DNA of 64,000 bases from Rebecca billardiae RCC1528. Taxonomy: Eukaryota > Protista > Haptophyta. Location of the stretch: assembly GCA_965240325.2 (NCBI GenBank), contig OZ251235.1, forward strand, positions 868,001 to 932,000, read 5' to 3'. Under the pieces are notes generated by a model. That model was given only the letters and a program-made list of their open reading frames with translations. It had not been told where the DNA came from and searched no databases. The translations under genes were made by a program, and so were the position numbers. Positions 1 to 11,697 of this stretch are shown here, piece after piece. Each line of letters starts with the position of its first letter. Position 1 is the stretch's first letter.

Positions 1-800
1 GTCACCTTCGTGCCCTCGCGCGCGGGCTGCATCCCGAGCTCGGCCGCCGTCTTGGCGCCGACCGTGCGCTCGAGGTACGGCTTGGTGAGGTCAGTCTCGA
101 GGAAGCCGGGCGTGCACGCGCTCACGAGGAGGCGCGGGTGAGAGCGGGCGAGGATCTGCATGTACGCGTTGACGCACGCCTTGGACAGGCCGTACGCGAG
201 TGTCTCGAGGCTCGCCCCGTCCCCGAGCCCGACCGCGCGGAAGTCCGCCCCAGGCGGCGCGCCGCGCGCGCGCTGCTCGATCTCGGCCACCTCGGAGATG
301 ATGGCGTCCAGCTGCGCCCAGCTGACCGCCGGGTCGACGAGCACGCGTCTGCGCTCGGGGCTGCACGTCGAGACGAACGCAGGGCCCGCGGACGAGGAGA
401 CAAAGACGACGCGCCCGACGCGCTCGTCGAGCAGCGGGACGAATGCGTCGCACACTCGCTTTGCACCACGCGCGTTTGTGTTGAGCACGTGCGTCATCGA
501 GCCCGCCTCGAAGACGCCCGCGTTGCTCACGATCGCGTGCAGCTTGCGCCCAGCGAGCAGAGTGCGCAGGCTGATCGCGGCCGCCCTCACCGACGCATCG
601 TCCGTCACGTCCATCTCCACCACGTACACGCGCTCGCGATTCGCGCGCCCGAGGGCGGCCTTGGCGGGCTTGCCGCGCGAGGTGGCATCGCGCGTGCAGA
701 GCACGACGCGTGTGTCCTGGTACGAAGCGAGGATCTCGGCGCATAGCGCATGGCCGATGCCTTTGTCCGCGCCCGTCACGAGCACGAATCGAGGCTGCAT
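1..800 (-). CDS. Short-chain dehydrogenase/reductase (carbonyl reductase-like), 3' end runs off the window
   Basis: Manual translation from ATG at 800 (minus strand): MQPRFVLVTGADKGIG (TGxxxGxG), DVTD, VSNAG, VSSSAG, YGLSK (YxxxK), CTPGFLETDL. Absent from the ORF track because there is no stop in the window. Confidence 0.9.
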   Translation of the reverse strand, partial: MQPRFVLVTGADKGIGHALCAEILASYQDTRVVLCTRDATSRGKPAKAALGRANRERVYVVEMDVTDDASVRAAAISLRTLLAGRKLHAIVSNAGVFEAGSMTHVLNTNARGAKRVCDAFVPLLDERVGRVVFVSSSAGPAFVSTCSPERRRVLVDPAVSWAQLDAIISEVAEIEQRARGAPPGADFRAVGLGDGASLETLAYGLSKACVNAYMQILARSHPRLLVSACTPGFLETDLTKPYLERTVGAKTAAELGMQPAREGTKV

Positions 801-1088
801 GGCTGACTGTGGGATTCAGCCGTGCTGGCGTCCAGCCCCACGCGCCATGCTAATCGATCGTGCGTACGTACGTGTGCCGGTCGATTCGCGGGCGGTGACG
901 GGCTCCTCCTGAATAGCAATATTTCGTCCAAATTTGGCCAGAAGAGTGCTCCACCAGGCTCGTTTTTCATCATCAGCGGCGCGCGCAAGTAGATCGAGCA
1001 TCATCAGATCGAGAGGCTGTGGACGGGCGCGTGTCGACGAGCAAGGCTCTCCGCCCGGGCGCCGACGAGGCAGCGTCGCGCGCGCCAG

Positions 1089-4001
1089 ATGGAGCTGGAT
1101 GCACAGGTCAACTCCCTCTCGATCCTGCCGCCAGACACGCACACCCGCGTGTACGAGTCGAACGTGCGCGCCGTGCGCACCGTCTCTGCGCCCGGCAAGG
1201 CCTCCGCCGCCGCCTCCGTGCTCGAGCCGCACTCGCCCGGCAAGCCGCTGCGCGCGCGCGGAGAGTCGGCCGTGGAGGCGCACCTGCGCGAGCAGGTGCG
1301 CGTGCTGACGGACGAGCTCACTGACCTCAAGCTCGAGCTGGTCGCGATCGAGGCGCAGGTGGAGGATCTCGCGCTGCTGAAGGGCGCGCGCGCCGCGCAT
1401 GCCGCCGAGGCGGGCGGTGGCGGCGCGAACGGGCTCTGCCCGCACTGCGGGCAGGCGTGGCCGCGCCGGCACGGCGTCGGCAGCGACGATACGCACGACG
1501 GCGACGGGCTCGCCGCGCGCGCCGGCGCCAGCACGCCTCCGCCCTTCTCCCCAGGCGGCGCGCGCGCGTGGGCGGCGCATGATGCCTCGCCGCGCGCCTC
1601 CTCCGCCCCTCGCTCCACCGGCGCTCTGAGCGCGCGCGGCCGGGCGAGCTCGCCGCGGGGCGGGAGCATCGCGTACCCGCAGAGCCCGCGCGCGAAGGCG
1701 GTCGTCGACGGCCCGCACCGCAACCTCGTGCGCGGCGCTGGCGGCGGCCCCGGCCGCGGTCGTTTCAGCCCGCCGTCTGCGGCGGCGAGCGCCGCGGTCC
1801 CCGCCCAAGCCTCGCCGCCGCCGCCGCCGCCGGCGCAGTCGCAGCCCGCGGCGCAGTTGAGCGGGCGCGACCCGCGCTTCGACGCGCTCTACGACGGCGG
1901 CACGCCCCACGCGGGCTGCACCATCCCGCAGGCCGAGCTCCGCGCCATCACGCTGCGGCAGCTCAAGCGCGTGTACGCGTGCGCGCGCGAGCTGTGCGCG
2001 CGCGAGCGGTGGACCGTGTCGCGTCCGGACCCGCGCAAGGCTGGGGCGAGCGTGCGCGTGGCGATCGGGCACGCGCCCGAGCAGCTGAACCTGTACGACG
2101 TGGCGGAGCACGTGATCAAGCCCGCGACCAAGGCGCGCGGCTGCTCCCTCGTCGAGCTCATCGCCACCGGGCCGCAGCGGCCGCGCTGGTTTGTGTCTCA
2201 CTGGTGCGGCCGCGCGCGCGCGCGAGCGAGCCAGCCGCGCGCGCGCGCCCGCCCGCCAGCCAGCGGCTGCGCGGCTCCCGCGGGCGCGGCTGAGCCGGAC
2301 ACCCGCCCGCGCCTCTCCCCACGCCGCGCCGCCGCGTTTCGCCGCCGCCGCGCGCGCGCGCGGCGCAGGTGGGGCGAGCCCGTCGGCCACTTCATCGCGT
2401 GCTTGGAGGCACACGCGCGCGAGCGCGGGCTGACACATGACGCGCCCTACTGGGTGTGCGCGCACGCGCTCCGGCAGCACGCACCGGCGGCGGAGCTGTC
2501 GGGCGAGCTCTCGCAGGTGCCCTTCTTCAAGGCGCTGCACCTCGCCGACGGCGCGGTGAGCGTGCTCGACGCCGGGATGGTCGCCATCACGCGCGCGTGG
2601 GTCGGCTTCGAGTTGTACCAGTCACACCTCGCGCACTCGGCGGGCGGCGCGCGCGGCGGCGCGGGCGGCGCGGGCGGCTATCTGCATGACTTCTATTCGT
2701 TCGTGCCGCCCGAGCGCGAGGGCGGGGCGGCGCAGCGGGCGGGCGGGCGGGAGGTGGGCGGCGGCGCGCGCGTCGTCGCGCTCGTCGACGGCTTCGCGAA
2801 GGGGCACATGTTCGGCGCCTCCTCCAAGGCGATGCAGGAGGTCAGCTTCCCGCCCGCGCTCGCGCTCGCCGCCCTGCGCTTCTCAATCGCCGAGACGCAC
2901 GCGAGCGAGCCGGTGGACAAGGCGCGGATCCTGCGGCACGTGGGCGGCGCGCAGGCGGCGCTGAACGCGACCGTGCGCGCGCGCTTCGCCACCACGCTCA
3001 TCGCGCGCTACCTGCAGCCGCCGCCGGACGGCGCCGCCGCCGCCGCCATCTCGCAGGCGGACGTGCGCGAGGCGGTGCGCGCGCTCGGTGGCTCTCAGCT
3101 GCGCAAGCTGATGCTGCAGTTTGACGAGCAGCGCGCGCCGGTGAGCGGCCGGCTGGTGGCGGACGCGCTGCCCTCGACGCTCGTCGACCTGCGGCTGGGC
3201 TCCGTCGACGCGGCGGTCGTCGCCGGCCTCGCGCGCATCCTCGGCCGCAGCGGCGCGCCCTGCCCTCTCTCCGTGCTCGAGCTCAAGTGGTGTCGGCTGG
3301 GCGACAGGGACGCGGCGCCGCTGCTCGGCGCGCTCGGCGGCGCGCGCGTGCAGCTGCGCGAGCTCAGCCTGAGGTGCGCGCGCGCGCGTCTCAGCGCGCG
3401 CGCGCGAGCGCCGCCCGCGTGCGCGCTCGCGGCGTGGCGCGCGCCCCGCCCTCACAGCCGCCCCACGGCCGGCACCCGCCCACCCGCCCACCCGCCCGCC
3501 CGCCCGCCCGCCCGCCCGCCCGCCCGCCCGCCCGCCCGTCCGTCCGTCCGTCCGTCCGCGGTCGGCAGGTTCAACCACCTGGGCGACGGCGCCGCCGCCG
3601 AGCTGGCGAGCGTGCTGAGCGTGAGCTTCTCGCTCGTCGACCTCAACCTGAGCGGCAACCGCATCGGCGACCTCGGCGTGCTCGCGCTGGCCGAGGCGCT
3701 GCGCGAGAACACGACGTTGGTGCGGCTGTGGCTCACATCGAACCACATCGGCGACGAGGGCGCGGCCGCGCTCGCGCGCGCGCTCGCGGACAGCGCGGGG
3801 AGCAGCGCCCTCGCGCTGCTCTGGCTCTCGTTCAACCACCTCACCGACGCGAGCGCGGGCGAGCTCGCCGAGATGTGCCGCCAGCCCAGCGCGCTGCTCA
3901 AGCTGAACCTGGCCGAGAACGCCATCTCGGCGAGTCGCAAGGCCGAGCTCGTGCGCGCGTGGAAGGCCGTCGGCCGCGACATCGACTTCCTGCACTTGTA
4001 G
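1089..4001 (+). CDS. Coiled-coil + HET/TIR-like domain + RNI-type leucine-rich-repeat protein; introns 2204-2368 and 3374-3568
   Basis: Splicing restores FVSHW|WGEP and LSLR|FNHLGD. C-terminal LxxLxLxxNxIGDxG repeats. Central motifs FVSHWWG, YWVCA..RQH, TRAWVGFE. Confidence 0.8.
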   Translation: MELDAQVNSLSILPPDTHTRVYESNVRAVRTVSAPGKASAAASVLEPHSPGKPLRARGESAVEAHLREQVRVLTDELTDLKLELVAIEAQVEDLALLKGARAAHAAEAGGGGANGLCPHCGQAWPRRHGVGSDDTHDGDGLAARAGASTPPPFSPGGARAWAAHDASPRASSAPRSTGALSARGRASSPRGGSIAYPQSPRAKAVVDGPHRNLVRGAGGGPGRGRFSPPSAAASAAVPAQASPPPPPPAQSQPAAQLSGRDPRFDALYDGGTPHAGCTIPQAELRAITLRQLKRVYACARELCARERWTVSRPDPRKAGASVRVAIGHAPEQLNLYDVAEHVIKPATKARGCSLVELIATGPQRPRWFVSHWCGRARARASQPRARARPPASGCAAPAGAAEPDTRPRLSPRRAAAFRRRRARARRRWGEPVGHFIACLEAHARERGLTHDAPYWVCAHALRQHAPAAELSGELSQVPFFKALHLADGAVSVLDAGMVAITRAWVGFELYQSHLAHSAGGARGGAGGAGGYLHDFYSFVPPEREGGAAQRAGGREVGGGARVVALVDGFAKGHMFGASSKAMQEVSFPPALALAALRFSIAETHASEPVDKARILRHVGGAQAALNATVRARFATTLIARYLQPPPDGAAAAAISQADVREAVRALGGSQLRKLMLQFDEQRAPVSGRLVADALPSTLVDLRLGSVDAAVVAGLARILGRSGAPCPLSVLELKWCRLGDRDAAPLLGALGGARVQLRELSLRCARARLSARARAPPACALAAWRAPRPHSRPTAGTRPPAHPPARPPARPPARPPARPSVRPSAVGRFNHLGDGAAAELASVLSVSFSLVDLNLSGNRIGDLGVLALAEALRENTTLVRLWLTSNHIGDEGAAALARALADSAGSSALALLWLSFNHLTDASAGELAEMCRQPSALLKLNLAENAISASRKAELVRAWKAVGRDIDFLHL

Positions 4002-4609
4002 GGCTGCTGAGCGTGATCTCGAGTTCAGAGTGTGCACGACCTGAAAGCAATCGCGCCTTGATTCTTTTCAAAGAGTACTGTATGGGGGTACTGTTATCCG
4101 TGCAGCATTTAGTACTTCAGGCCGAGCGGTCCGTCCAGATTTAATCTGACAGTAACTATCAATTAGTATCCCGTTGAACCTCCCGGCAAGGTTGACGAAG
4201 GTGATGATGCTTAATGTTGATTGTTGATTCGTCGTCGGGAGGGAGCAGTGCTTCCTGACGAGCTCCGACGGCGGCGAGAAGCCTGGCTGGTACTGTACTC
4301 TCCGCCATCGCACTCGCTTCACGCGAGTGCGCCCGCCGAGGTACGATGGCGGCGCAGTCCGGAGGAGTACCAGACAGGCGAGAAGCGCATCAACTTTCGT
4401 TATTCCCTTCCCGAATCACAGCTCTTCAGTGTAGCCAATGAGCGCATCGTTTTTCGACTGGCCTTGAGACTTGAGCCAATCAGCAACGGAGCAACCGGAT
4501 CAATCCTTTTGCCCCTTTGCCTTCGGCCGAAAAATTTCCGCGTCTTCGTCGTCGATCATCGTCTCTCGGGGCGCGCCGACGACGACGCCTCTCTCGACTC
4601 CTCGTCATC

Positions 4610-7598
4610 ATGGCGGACGCGCCCGCCGCGGACTTCGATCAGCTCAGCGATGAGAGGCTGCAGGAGCTCATCAGCATTTTCCTCGGGGCGCTAGAGCCCT
4701 CAAGCGAGGCGCCGGCGCCTGCTGCTGCATCTGCTGCTGCACCTGCTGCTGCACCACCTGTGCAGCCAGGCGCGGAGCACAACGCGCCCGACGCGGGCCT
4801 TGGTGGCCTCATGGGTAACCTGGCTCAGATGGTGGTGCTGGCGCAGCAGCCACTGTCGTGGGACGTGCTGGAGCAGGGACTGCAGCAACAACCGGCAGCG
4901 GCAGCGGCGATCGTGACGATGGCGAACATGCTGCCGGACCTCCTGCGCTTCGTGGGCAACGTGCTTGGCCCTCTCCTCGCGCACACAGTCGTCGAGTTGA
5001 TGTTGAGGCTGCCTGCGCCGGCTGTTCCCCCGCCCGCCCCTGTCCACCCTCCCCGTGCGCCCGATGTGCACGACGAACACACGGGCGTTCTGTTCCACAA
5101 CATCCTCAGACCAGCCGCCAATACGGCGCTAGCGGCGCTCCGGCACCCGCAGGGGCAAGTCGTCGGCATGACTTTGGAGGAGCGATTCGACACGCACATG
5201 GTGTTCCTCGCGGACGTGGACGATCTGCTGCGCACCAGCCTGCTTGACGCTGTTCGCACGGGCATCGAGGCCGGGCTCGCCGACGCGCTGCAGCGGGGCA
5301 TGGACGACCACGCGGCCGTAGCCCATGCGGCAAACCAAGCCCGAAGGCAGGCGGCGCAGGCGCTCCGTGCGATGCACGACTACGATGTTCGCTTCGTGGC
5401 ATATCGCAGGGACGGCACTATCGTCGAGCACGACTCGACGATCGACATCGCGGACATCCAGCTGTTGATCGATTACAAGCCAACGATTGTCTCGATCAAG
5501 CGCAAGCGTGGCAGCGTGCTCGAGCTGCAGCTGATGCACCGCGACGCTGCTGACGCGCTGATGGCCGCGCTGCGGCGGCAGGAGAGGCCCGTGCTGGGTG
5601 CCAAGCCCGTGCACTGGATGACCATCTCCACGCTGGACGGCAAGACGATGGAGGATTCCGCGCAATTCGTGGAGCGCGCCGACTGCACCGCAGAGGCGTG
5701 CGCGCAGGCAACGGCCGCGCTCGTGCGCGAGGCTGTGAGGAGCCGGCGCCTCAAGGTCATCTCGAGCAGCGGCCCTCCGGCTGGCGCTCCGTCTGCTGGC
5801 GGCCCCGGAGGAGGAGCCGCAAGCTCGCGCCCGAGCGGCAAGAGGAGCTCGCCGCAGCCACCCGCAGCCGCTGCTGGTGCGCGGAAGGGCAGCGCTGAGC
5901 GTGCGCGGAAGGACAGCGCCTCGTCTGCGCGCCCGCCCCCCAGTGGGCCGCCCACGCGCAGCATGAGGCCAGCGCAGTTCGACTCGAAGACGACGACGCC
6001 CGACGGCTTTGCCACTCGGATGATAGGGCCCCGCCCGCCCGGCGTCTACAAGATCCAAAAGAGGGTGGAGGCCTACAAGGACCGCGTGCGTGCGCACAGC
6101 CTGGGCCCCGGGACGAAGGGCACGCCGCTGCCCGCCAAGAAGCCGCCGACGATCATCGCGCTGTACAACTTCAAGGGGAGCGTCGGCAAGACGACCAACC
6201 TCATCAACATCGCAACGACGATGGCCGCGACGAAGCGCGTGCTGATCGTGGACGCCGACCCGCAGTGCGACGTGACCACCTTCTTCATCCCCTCCGACTA
6301 TGGCACTGCCGGGGCTGGTGCTGCGCGCGACGATGCCGGCGGCGGTGGCAGTACTGAGGTTGAGTACTCCGCCGCGTCTGATGTGCTGGTGGCATCATCC
6401 TCGCGCGCCATCCGCGCGGCCGAGGACCCGCTGCCCGCGGGCGCTGTGGGCAAGCCGCCCTCCATGGCGCAGATCGACAACGCCGCGCTCTACACGGAGT
6501 ACGGCGTGGACGACCTCGACACGCTGCTCGCGCCCGCGTTCGAGGGCGAGATCGCCGCGCTCATGCCGCCGGACAAGTACCTCGCCCCGGAGCCGATCAA
6601 GCTGGACGGCGGCTCGGCATCGTGGCCTGCTCACAACCTGCTGCTCATCCCCGGCAGCCCGAGCGTCGCGCTGCTCGAGCGCAGCATCGGCAAGGCCGAA
6701 GGCATGGACGGGCAAGGCATGGACGCGCCCGTGAAGCTCGGCGCGTTCCGCAAGCTGCTGCTGGCGTCCGCGGAGGTCACGGGCGCCGAGGTGGTGCTCG
6801 TCGACCTGGGCCCATCCGCCTCGCCGTTGAACATCGTGCGCGCCGCGCCGGCGCCGCCGCGCCCGGGCCGTCGGATCGAGCGTCCGTGCCAGCTCCACGC
6901 GCGCGCAGCATTGCAAACCAGCGGCTCACGCACATGCGCGCACCCGCCACTGTGCCACCTATCACCGCTGCCCGTGGCCGTGGCGATCGCCTCCCGTCCG
7001 CGCGCAGTGCTTCCTCCTCTCGTGCGACTACATCCTGCCGCCGGTGTTCGCAGACTCGTACTCGACGTTCAGCATGCACAAGCTGCTCGTGTTCCTCGTG
7101 CCCGAGCTCAAGGCTGAGCACTCGAAGATCATCCGCACGCAGGGCAACGCTGGGCCGAACGGCAAGCTGCAGGGCGCGATCACCGCGCGGCAGCAGGAGC
7201 TCGGGTACGCGTTCAACCGCAAGATGCCGCGGCTGCTGCCGTTCATCTTCACCAACTACGTGGCCGCGATGAACAACGTGCTGCGGATCCAGCCCGCGCG
7301 CTTCATTGTACTGGCGCAGAACATCTTGGAGCGGCAGGACGTGCTCAACGCGAGCTCGGACCTCTTCCTCCCGCACAACGGCAGCATGACCCTGTGCCTC
7401 TGCAAGAACCTCGGCCAGGTGCAGGGCGCGTCGCTGTCAGCGGGCGTGGCTGTTGTTCACCTCACCGAGCAGCACTTGAGGGACGAGCGCATCATGAATC
7501 CGGCCAAGAGGATCGCGCTGACGCAGATCGCCTACGCTCGCAAGCGCTACGCAGCGTTCGTGGAGTGGCTGCTCGACGTGTGCGTCAGCGGCAAGTGA
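4610..7598 (+). CDS. ParA/MinD-family (deviant Walker A) ATPase with a long N-terminal extension; intron 6836-7007
   Basis: YNFKGSVGKTT, VLIVDADPQCD and VLVDLGPS. Splicing GTGCGC..GCAG joins LNI|CFLLSCDYILPPVFADSYS into the frame of ORF 7044-7598. Confidence 0.85.
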
Positions 7599-7947
7599 TC
7601 AAGGTCATCCATCGCCCATCACTCGGTGCTGCGCATCGTCATTTTTCATCAGCGCGCATCGCAGCACATATCCGGTCATCACCATCAGCATGTTCGCGCC
7701 GCGCGTGCGCACTGCATGGAGCATAGGCTCGCACTATCTCGCAGCATCGCGCTCGCCCGCTCGTAGTGCGCCGTGCCCTCGCGCTGGCCCTGCTGAGGCC
7801 TTCATCGCAGCTGCTGTACTGGGGCCCCCGCGCGCATCGTCATCGCGACATATCGTCATCGTCATCGACGATCTCATCCTATAGCATCGGTACTGCTGCT
7901 GCTACTGCGTCTGCTAGCTCAGCATTGAGTATTGACGATCATCGGAT

Positions 7948-9507
7948 CAGTGATGCATAAACTGTGCCCTGGCGGGCGGGGGTGTCGTCGGCGGGCCGTG
8001 CCAGTGCTGTCGCAATGTTTCCTCTGCGGGTCGTTTGCGTCTTTCCACATGCGCTCGTGGCCGTGAGTGACGGACAGTCCGAGGACCAGTGGCGGTGACA
8101 CCTGCCAAGTTCTCCGCCACTCCCACTGGCGTGTACACGTGTCACATCCGTGCGCATCAGCGAGGCCCACACCCACGAGGGAATGTGCAGCACGCGGGGC
8201 GGGGCGGGTTGCCCGTTGCTCCGCGCGAGCGCGAGTGCGCGCTGTATGTGCCGCATCTCGACCGCGATGGCGTAATCGAGCGTCTCAGTCGCCGCCGACG
8301 AAGCCGCCAGAGTAGATCGTGTGCATGTCCTGCCGCCAGCCGAGAGCGGTCGTCACGAGGATGCTTGCCGACGTCTGCTCCGGGCATGATGGGCTCGGCG
8401 CAGGTCGCGTTGACGTCGTGCACGGCTGCCACGCTGAGCACGAGCGCGTTGACGTTCGCGCGGTCGTCGCTCTTCGCCTCGTGCGACAGGTCTGGCGCCT
8501 GCATGTTCGGCGGCACGAGGAGCTGTTGGTTGTGCGCGCGCGCGCACAGCGACAGCGTGTGCCACTCGCGATCGAGAGTGGGCACGAGCTGCTCGAGCAA
8601 ACACACGATTCGCAGCGCATCCGTCACCGGCGTGACGACGTCCGCCTCGTCCCGCAGCGCCTGCGCCATGGACGAGGATGGCGCGGCGATGTTGCATGCT
8701 CGACGTTTCGTCTCTCTGCGGATGGCATCACGGGCTTGTCTGTGTCACGCTGCGGCGAGGGTCGCCAACTCGCGAAGTCGCGGTTGCTGCCACGGCGACA
8801 GACCCGGGAGGCGCGTCCGCTGCGCGTCGTACGCCGTTGGCGCTGCGCTTCCGTCGCATTGGTCACCGTCGACGCCATGCAGGCCGGACGTGGGCTTCGG
8901 CTGAGGGACCGCGAGCGACGTCGAGTCCGGCGCGCGGATTCCGGCGATCGAGTTCAGAAGGCCGCGCCAAATCTGCTTGCGTCGCGTGCGATGGCGCTTC
9001 CCGCCCGCGAAACACCTCGTGATGAGGGCCTTTCCGCACCGAGCTCGACGCGCGGCGGTGGATCGCGCGAGGTGTTGGTCGTGCGCAGCGCTTGGTATTA
9101 TGGCCCGTGCGAGCGCTCGACGTGCAAGTCGCCCGAGGACCGCCCCAGGTCGCACGATCGTGTCGACGCGCCGAGCGTACCGCTCCCGCAAACGGGTCGA
9201 CTTTGGCCCCCGTTCGACCTGCACGCGAGACGACGAGGGCAGCAATCGCGAATCGGTCGAAAACCCGTCTCGGGACTCCTCGCGCGATGTCGATGCCGGC
9301 GTTGGATTTGGCGCGCGCGGCCCACGCGCTCCGCGCCATCGGTGGTTTGTTTTCGGCCGAGCGTCCCCAGAGTGGGCCCTGCGAGGGCGCCCGGTAGTGA
9401 GCGAAGCGATTTTCTTTTCTAAGAGAGGCGATTTTATTTTCTTTTCCATTTCTTATCTTTTTCCCGGGCACTACAAGGGGCGGACCTAGTGAGACCTACG
9501 GCCCGCC
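7948..9507 (-). mobile_element. Putative AT-flanked asymmetric-end (Helentron-like) non-autonomous element, family C
   Basis: Terminal ACGGCCCGCC|AT (9498-9509) is inverted to GGCGGGCCGT at 7990-7999. An AT lies at 7946-47, exactly 42 nt outside it. GAGCGAAGCGA motif at ~9399. The terminal hairpin is degenerate. Confidence 0.5.
8157..9449 (-). pseudogene. Interrupted ORF of unknown function inside the family C element
   Basis: ORFs 8745-9449 and 8157-8669 are in the same frame, separated by one TGA (ELATLAAA*HRQARDAIRRE...MAQALRDEAD). Confidence 0.35.
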
Positions 9508-9542
9508 ATATGTGTGTGTGTGTATGTGTGTGTGTGTGTGAC

Positions 9543-9576
<34 letters not shown>

Positions 9577-9583
9577 AAATATA

Positions 9584-9620
<37 letters not shown>
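9508..9620. repeat. Compound (TG)n/(TA)n microsatellite
   Basis: Seen directly. Confidence 0.97.
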
Positions 9621-9892
9621 GAGCCGACGTCAGTTGTATTGCCGCTTTGGATAGTGTGGTCAGTTGTATTGCCAAAAGCACGTTATGACTACCGTGGTCA
9701 GTTGTATTGCCGTTTTCAGTCGTAGTATGGGTCAAGAATATTGCCGCTGTTTTGGATAGTGTGTCAACAATATTGCCCCTCAAATACTGGCTTCAAACCA
9801 ATGACCCTTTCACACTACTTGGTTCACGAATATTGCCGTTTTCGAGCTTGAACATAGTCTGCTCAGAAATATATTGCCCTTTCCATATAAAG

Positions 9893-11194
9893 TGGCTCCG
9901 GATTCGGTTGACCCCTGCCAGTGGCGGGCATTCTGAGAACCGAGTCGAAGTCACTCGAGCGGACCATATAGCCGGGTCCCTCCCGACCCCCGATTGATGA
10001 CTTCAAAGCGACATTGAGCATACACCCACCTCCCAATATGTTTCAGGCTCAATTTTCATAAGTAACACATACAGAAATCTGACCGAAATCCGAAAATGGG
10101 TAAATGCATATTGGCGCGGGTATTTCTGACGGAACTTGTATTCCATTTCATGCATCACGCACGCCATGACCATGTATGTCACGCCTCACGGCAGCTCACC
10201 CGGCCCCGCACTCTTGTGCCGCGCTCTTCTCTCAGCTGGTACACCGCCGGACGCGGCCGCTCCGCCGCCGCTGCCGCGTGCCTCCGCCTCGTGCCGCGTG
10301 CTGGGGCGCCGCTGAAAGTCGGGCGTGATCGGTTGCACGGGCGTGAGCACGACAACGCCGCGGACGATCGTGTCGCTCTCGATCTCGCCGGTGCCCAGCT
10401 CGCGCGAGCGCCGGTCAAGATCCATGCGCGCGTATCGCTTGAAATCAGACTCGCCCCCCCATCGTCCACCACTGCCCGTCCGCCTCCTTCTGCCGCTTGC
10501 TGCTTGTCTCGGGCTCTGAGTCGCCCTCGTCGCGACTTGCAGTGTCGAGCGCGTAAGGATCACAAAGTACTCGTCCAGACAGAGAGGCCTGAGCTTATCG
10601 ACGACGAGATGGAAAAGCATCCGCTCCATCGTGTTGTGCGTCCTCGACATGTTCACCTTGATCTGATTGCAGAGGTCCGGAGACGGCGCAACGTGCAGAG
10701 AGGCTTGCACCGACCGTGGAGTGCACTGACGAGGTCGTGCCAGACACCGTGTGCACGATCTCCAGGTCACGCGCGACCGCAAAGAGGTGCTCGGCATCGC
10801 GGTCGCCAAGATTACCTCCCAGCTGTTCGTACGAGACGTCGGTGTCGAACACGATGCGCACACCCACGCGACCCGCGCCCGCACCACCATAGTGGGCAAA
10901 AGGCCCAAAGTACCCGGACTCCCAGTAGAAATGGTGAAAATCGGGCTCTGGCGCCGTGTAAAAACAAGCGATCGCGGCAAACGGTGCGGATTCGCGCTCA
11001 GCTCGCCAACCCGTCGACCAGTACCACTACAGACGAATCAGGAGAGCTGCGCCCTCGTGCCTGTGTCTTTAAATCATAGAATTAGTCCAGCAAGCCTTCG
11101 ACCGCCTCCGTGCGACCTCGCGAAGGTCGTTTTCATTTTCGGTACGCCCGGTTTCTATGACCGGACTGGCAGGGGTCAACCGAAGCCGGAGCCA
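9893..11194. mobile_element. Non-autonomous TIR element (~30-bp TIR TGGCTCCGG.TTCGGTTGACCCCTGCCAG), nested in the repeat array
   Basis: 9893-9922 is the inverted repeat of 11165-11194 (1 mismatch). The same family recurs at 62694-63202. No clean TSD. Confidence 0.75.
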
Positions 11195-11697
11195 ACTATG
11201 TGTCAGTTGTATTGCCGCCAGCAGCTGGTGGCTGGGGCACGACTCGCACTCAGACAAGAGACTCGCGCAGCCCGTGTGCGCGTGCGTGCAGAGCTGCGAC
11301 TGCCTGCGCGCGGCATGCAGGATACGCGACTGCAACCAACCGACATGCCATCATCATGCGGCCTGCGTAGCTCATCTTGACTTCCAGTAGCAGTCGGCGC
11401 TTCCTGTCGCCGTCGCGCTTGCCGCCCGCCTGCGGCCGGCCGCCAGCGCCATCGGGACTGCTGCTACTTCAGCGGCCACGTGAGCCGCATCGCGTCCCAT
11501 GCCGCTGCACGCGCCGCCTCAAGCTGCGACCGCGCTCGCCAAGCCTGCCACTCGGGTTCCAGCAGCAGCAGGAAGCGTCGCCTGCCCCTCCTGCTTGCTG
11601 GCTCGTCGAGGCGCGCGCGGCGCCGCGCACCGCTCGCCGGTCGGTGCGTTGTGTCCCAGCTGGCAGTACGCCTTGGACTTCCTCCTCCACGGGCCAA

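Noticed and set aside
4081-4092. 12-mer TATGGGGGTACT shared with ~14795, hinting the ParA gene sits in a mobile element
   Set aside because: Isolated short match; no element ends or TSD found around the gene.
9629-9880. CRISPR-like short repeats with variable spacers
   Set aside because: Units are short, irregularly spaced and degenerate, and recur inverted at ~12.4 kb; better explained as transposon subterminal repeats.
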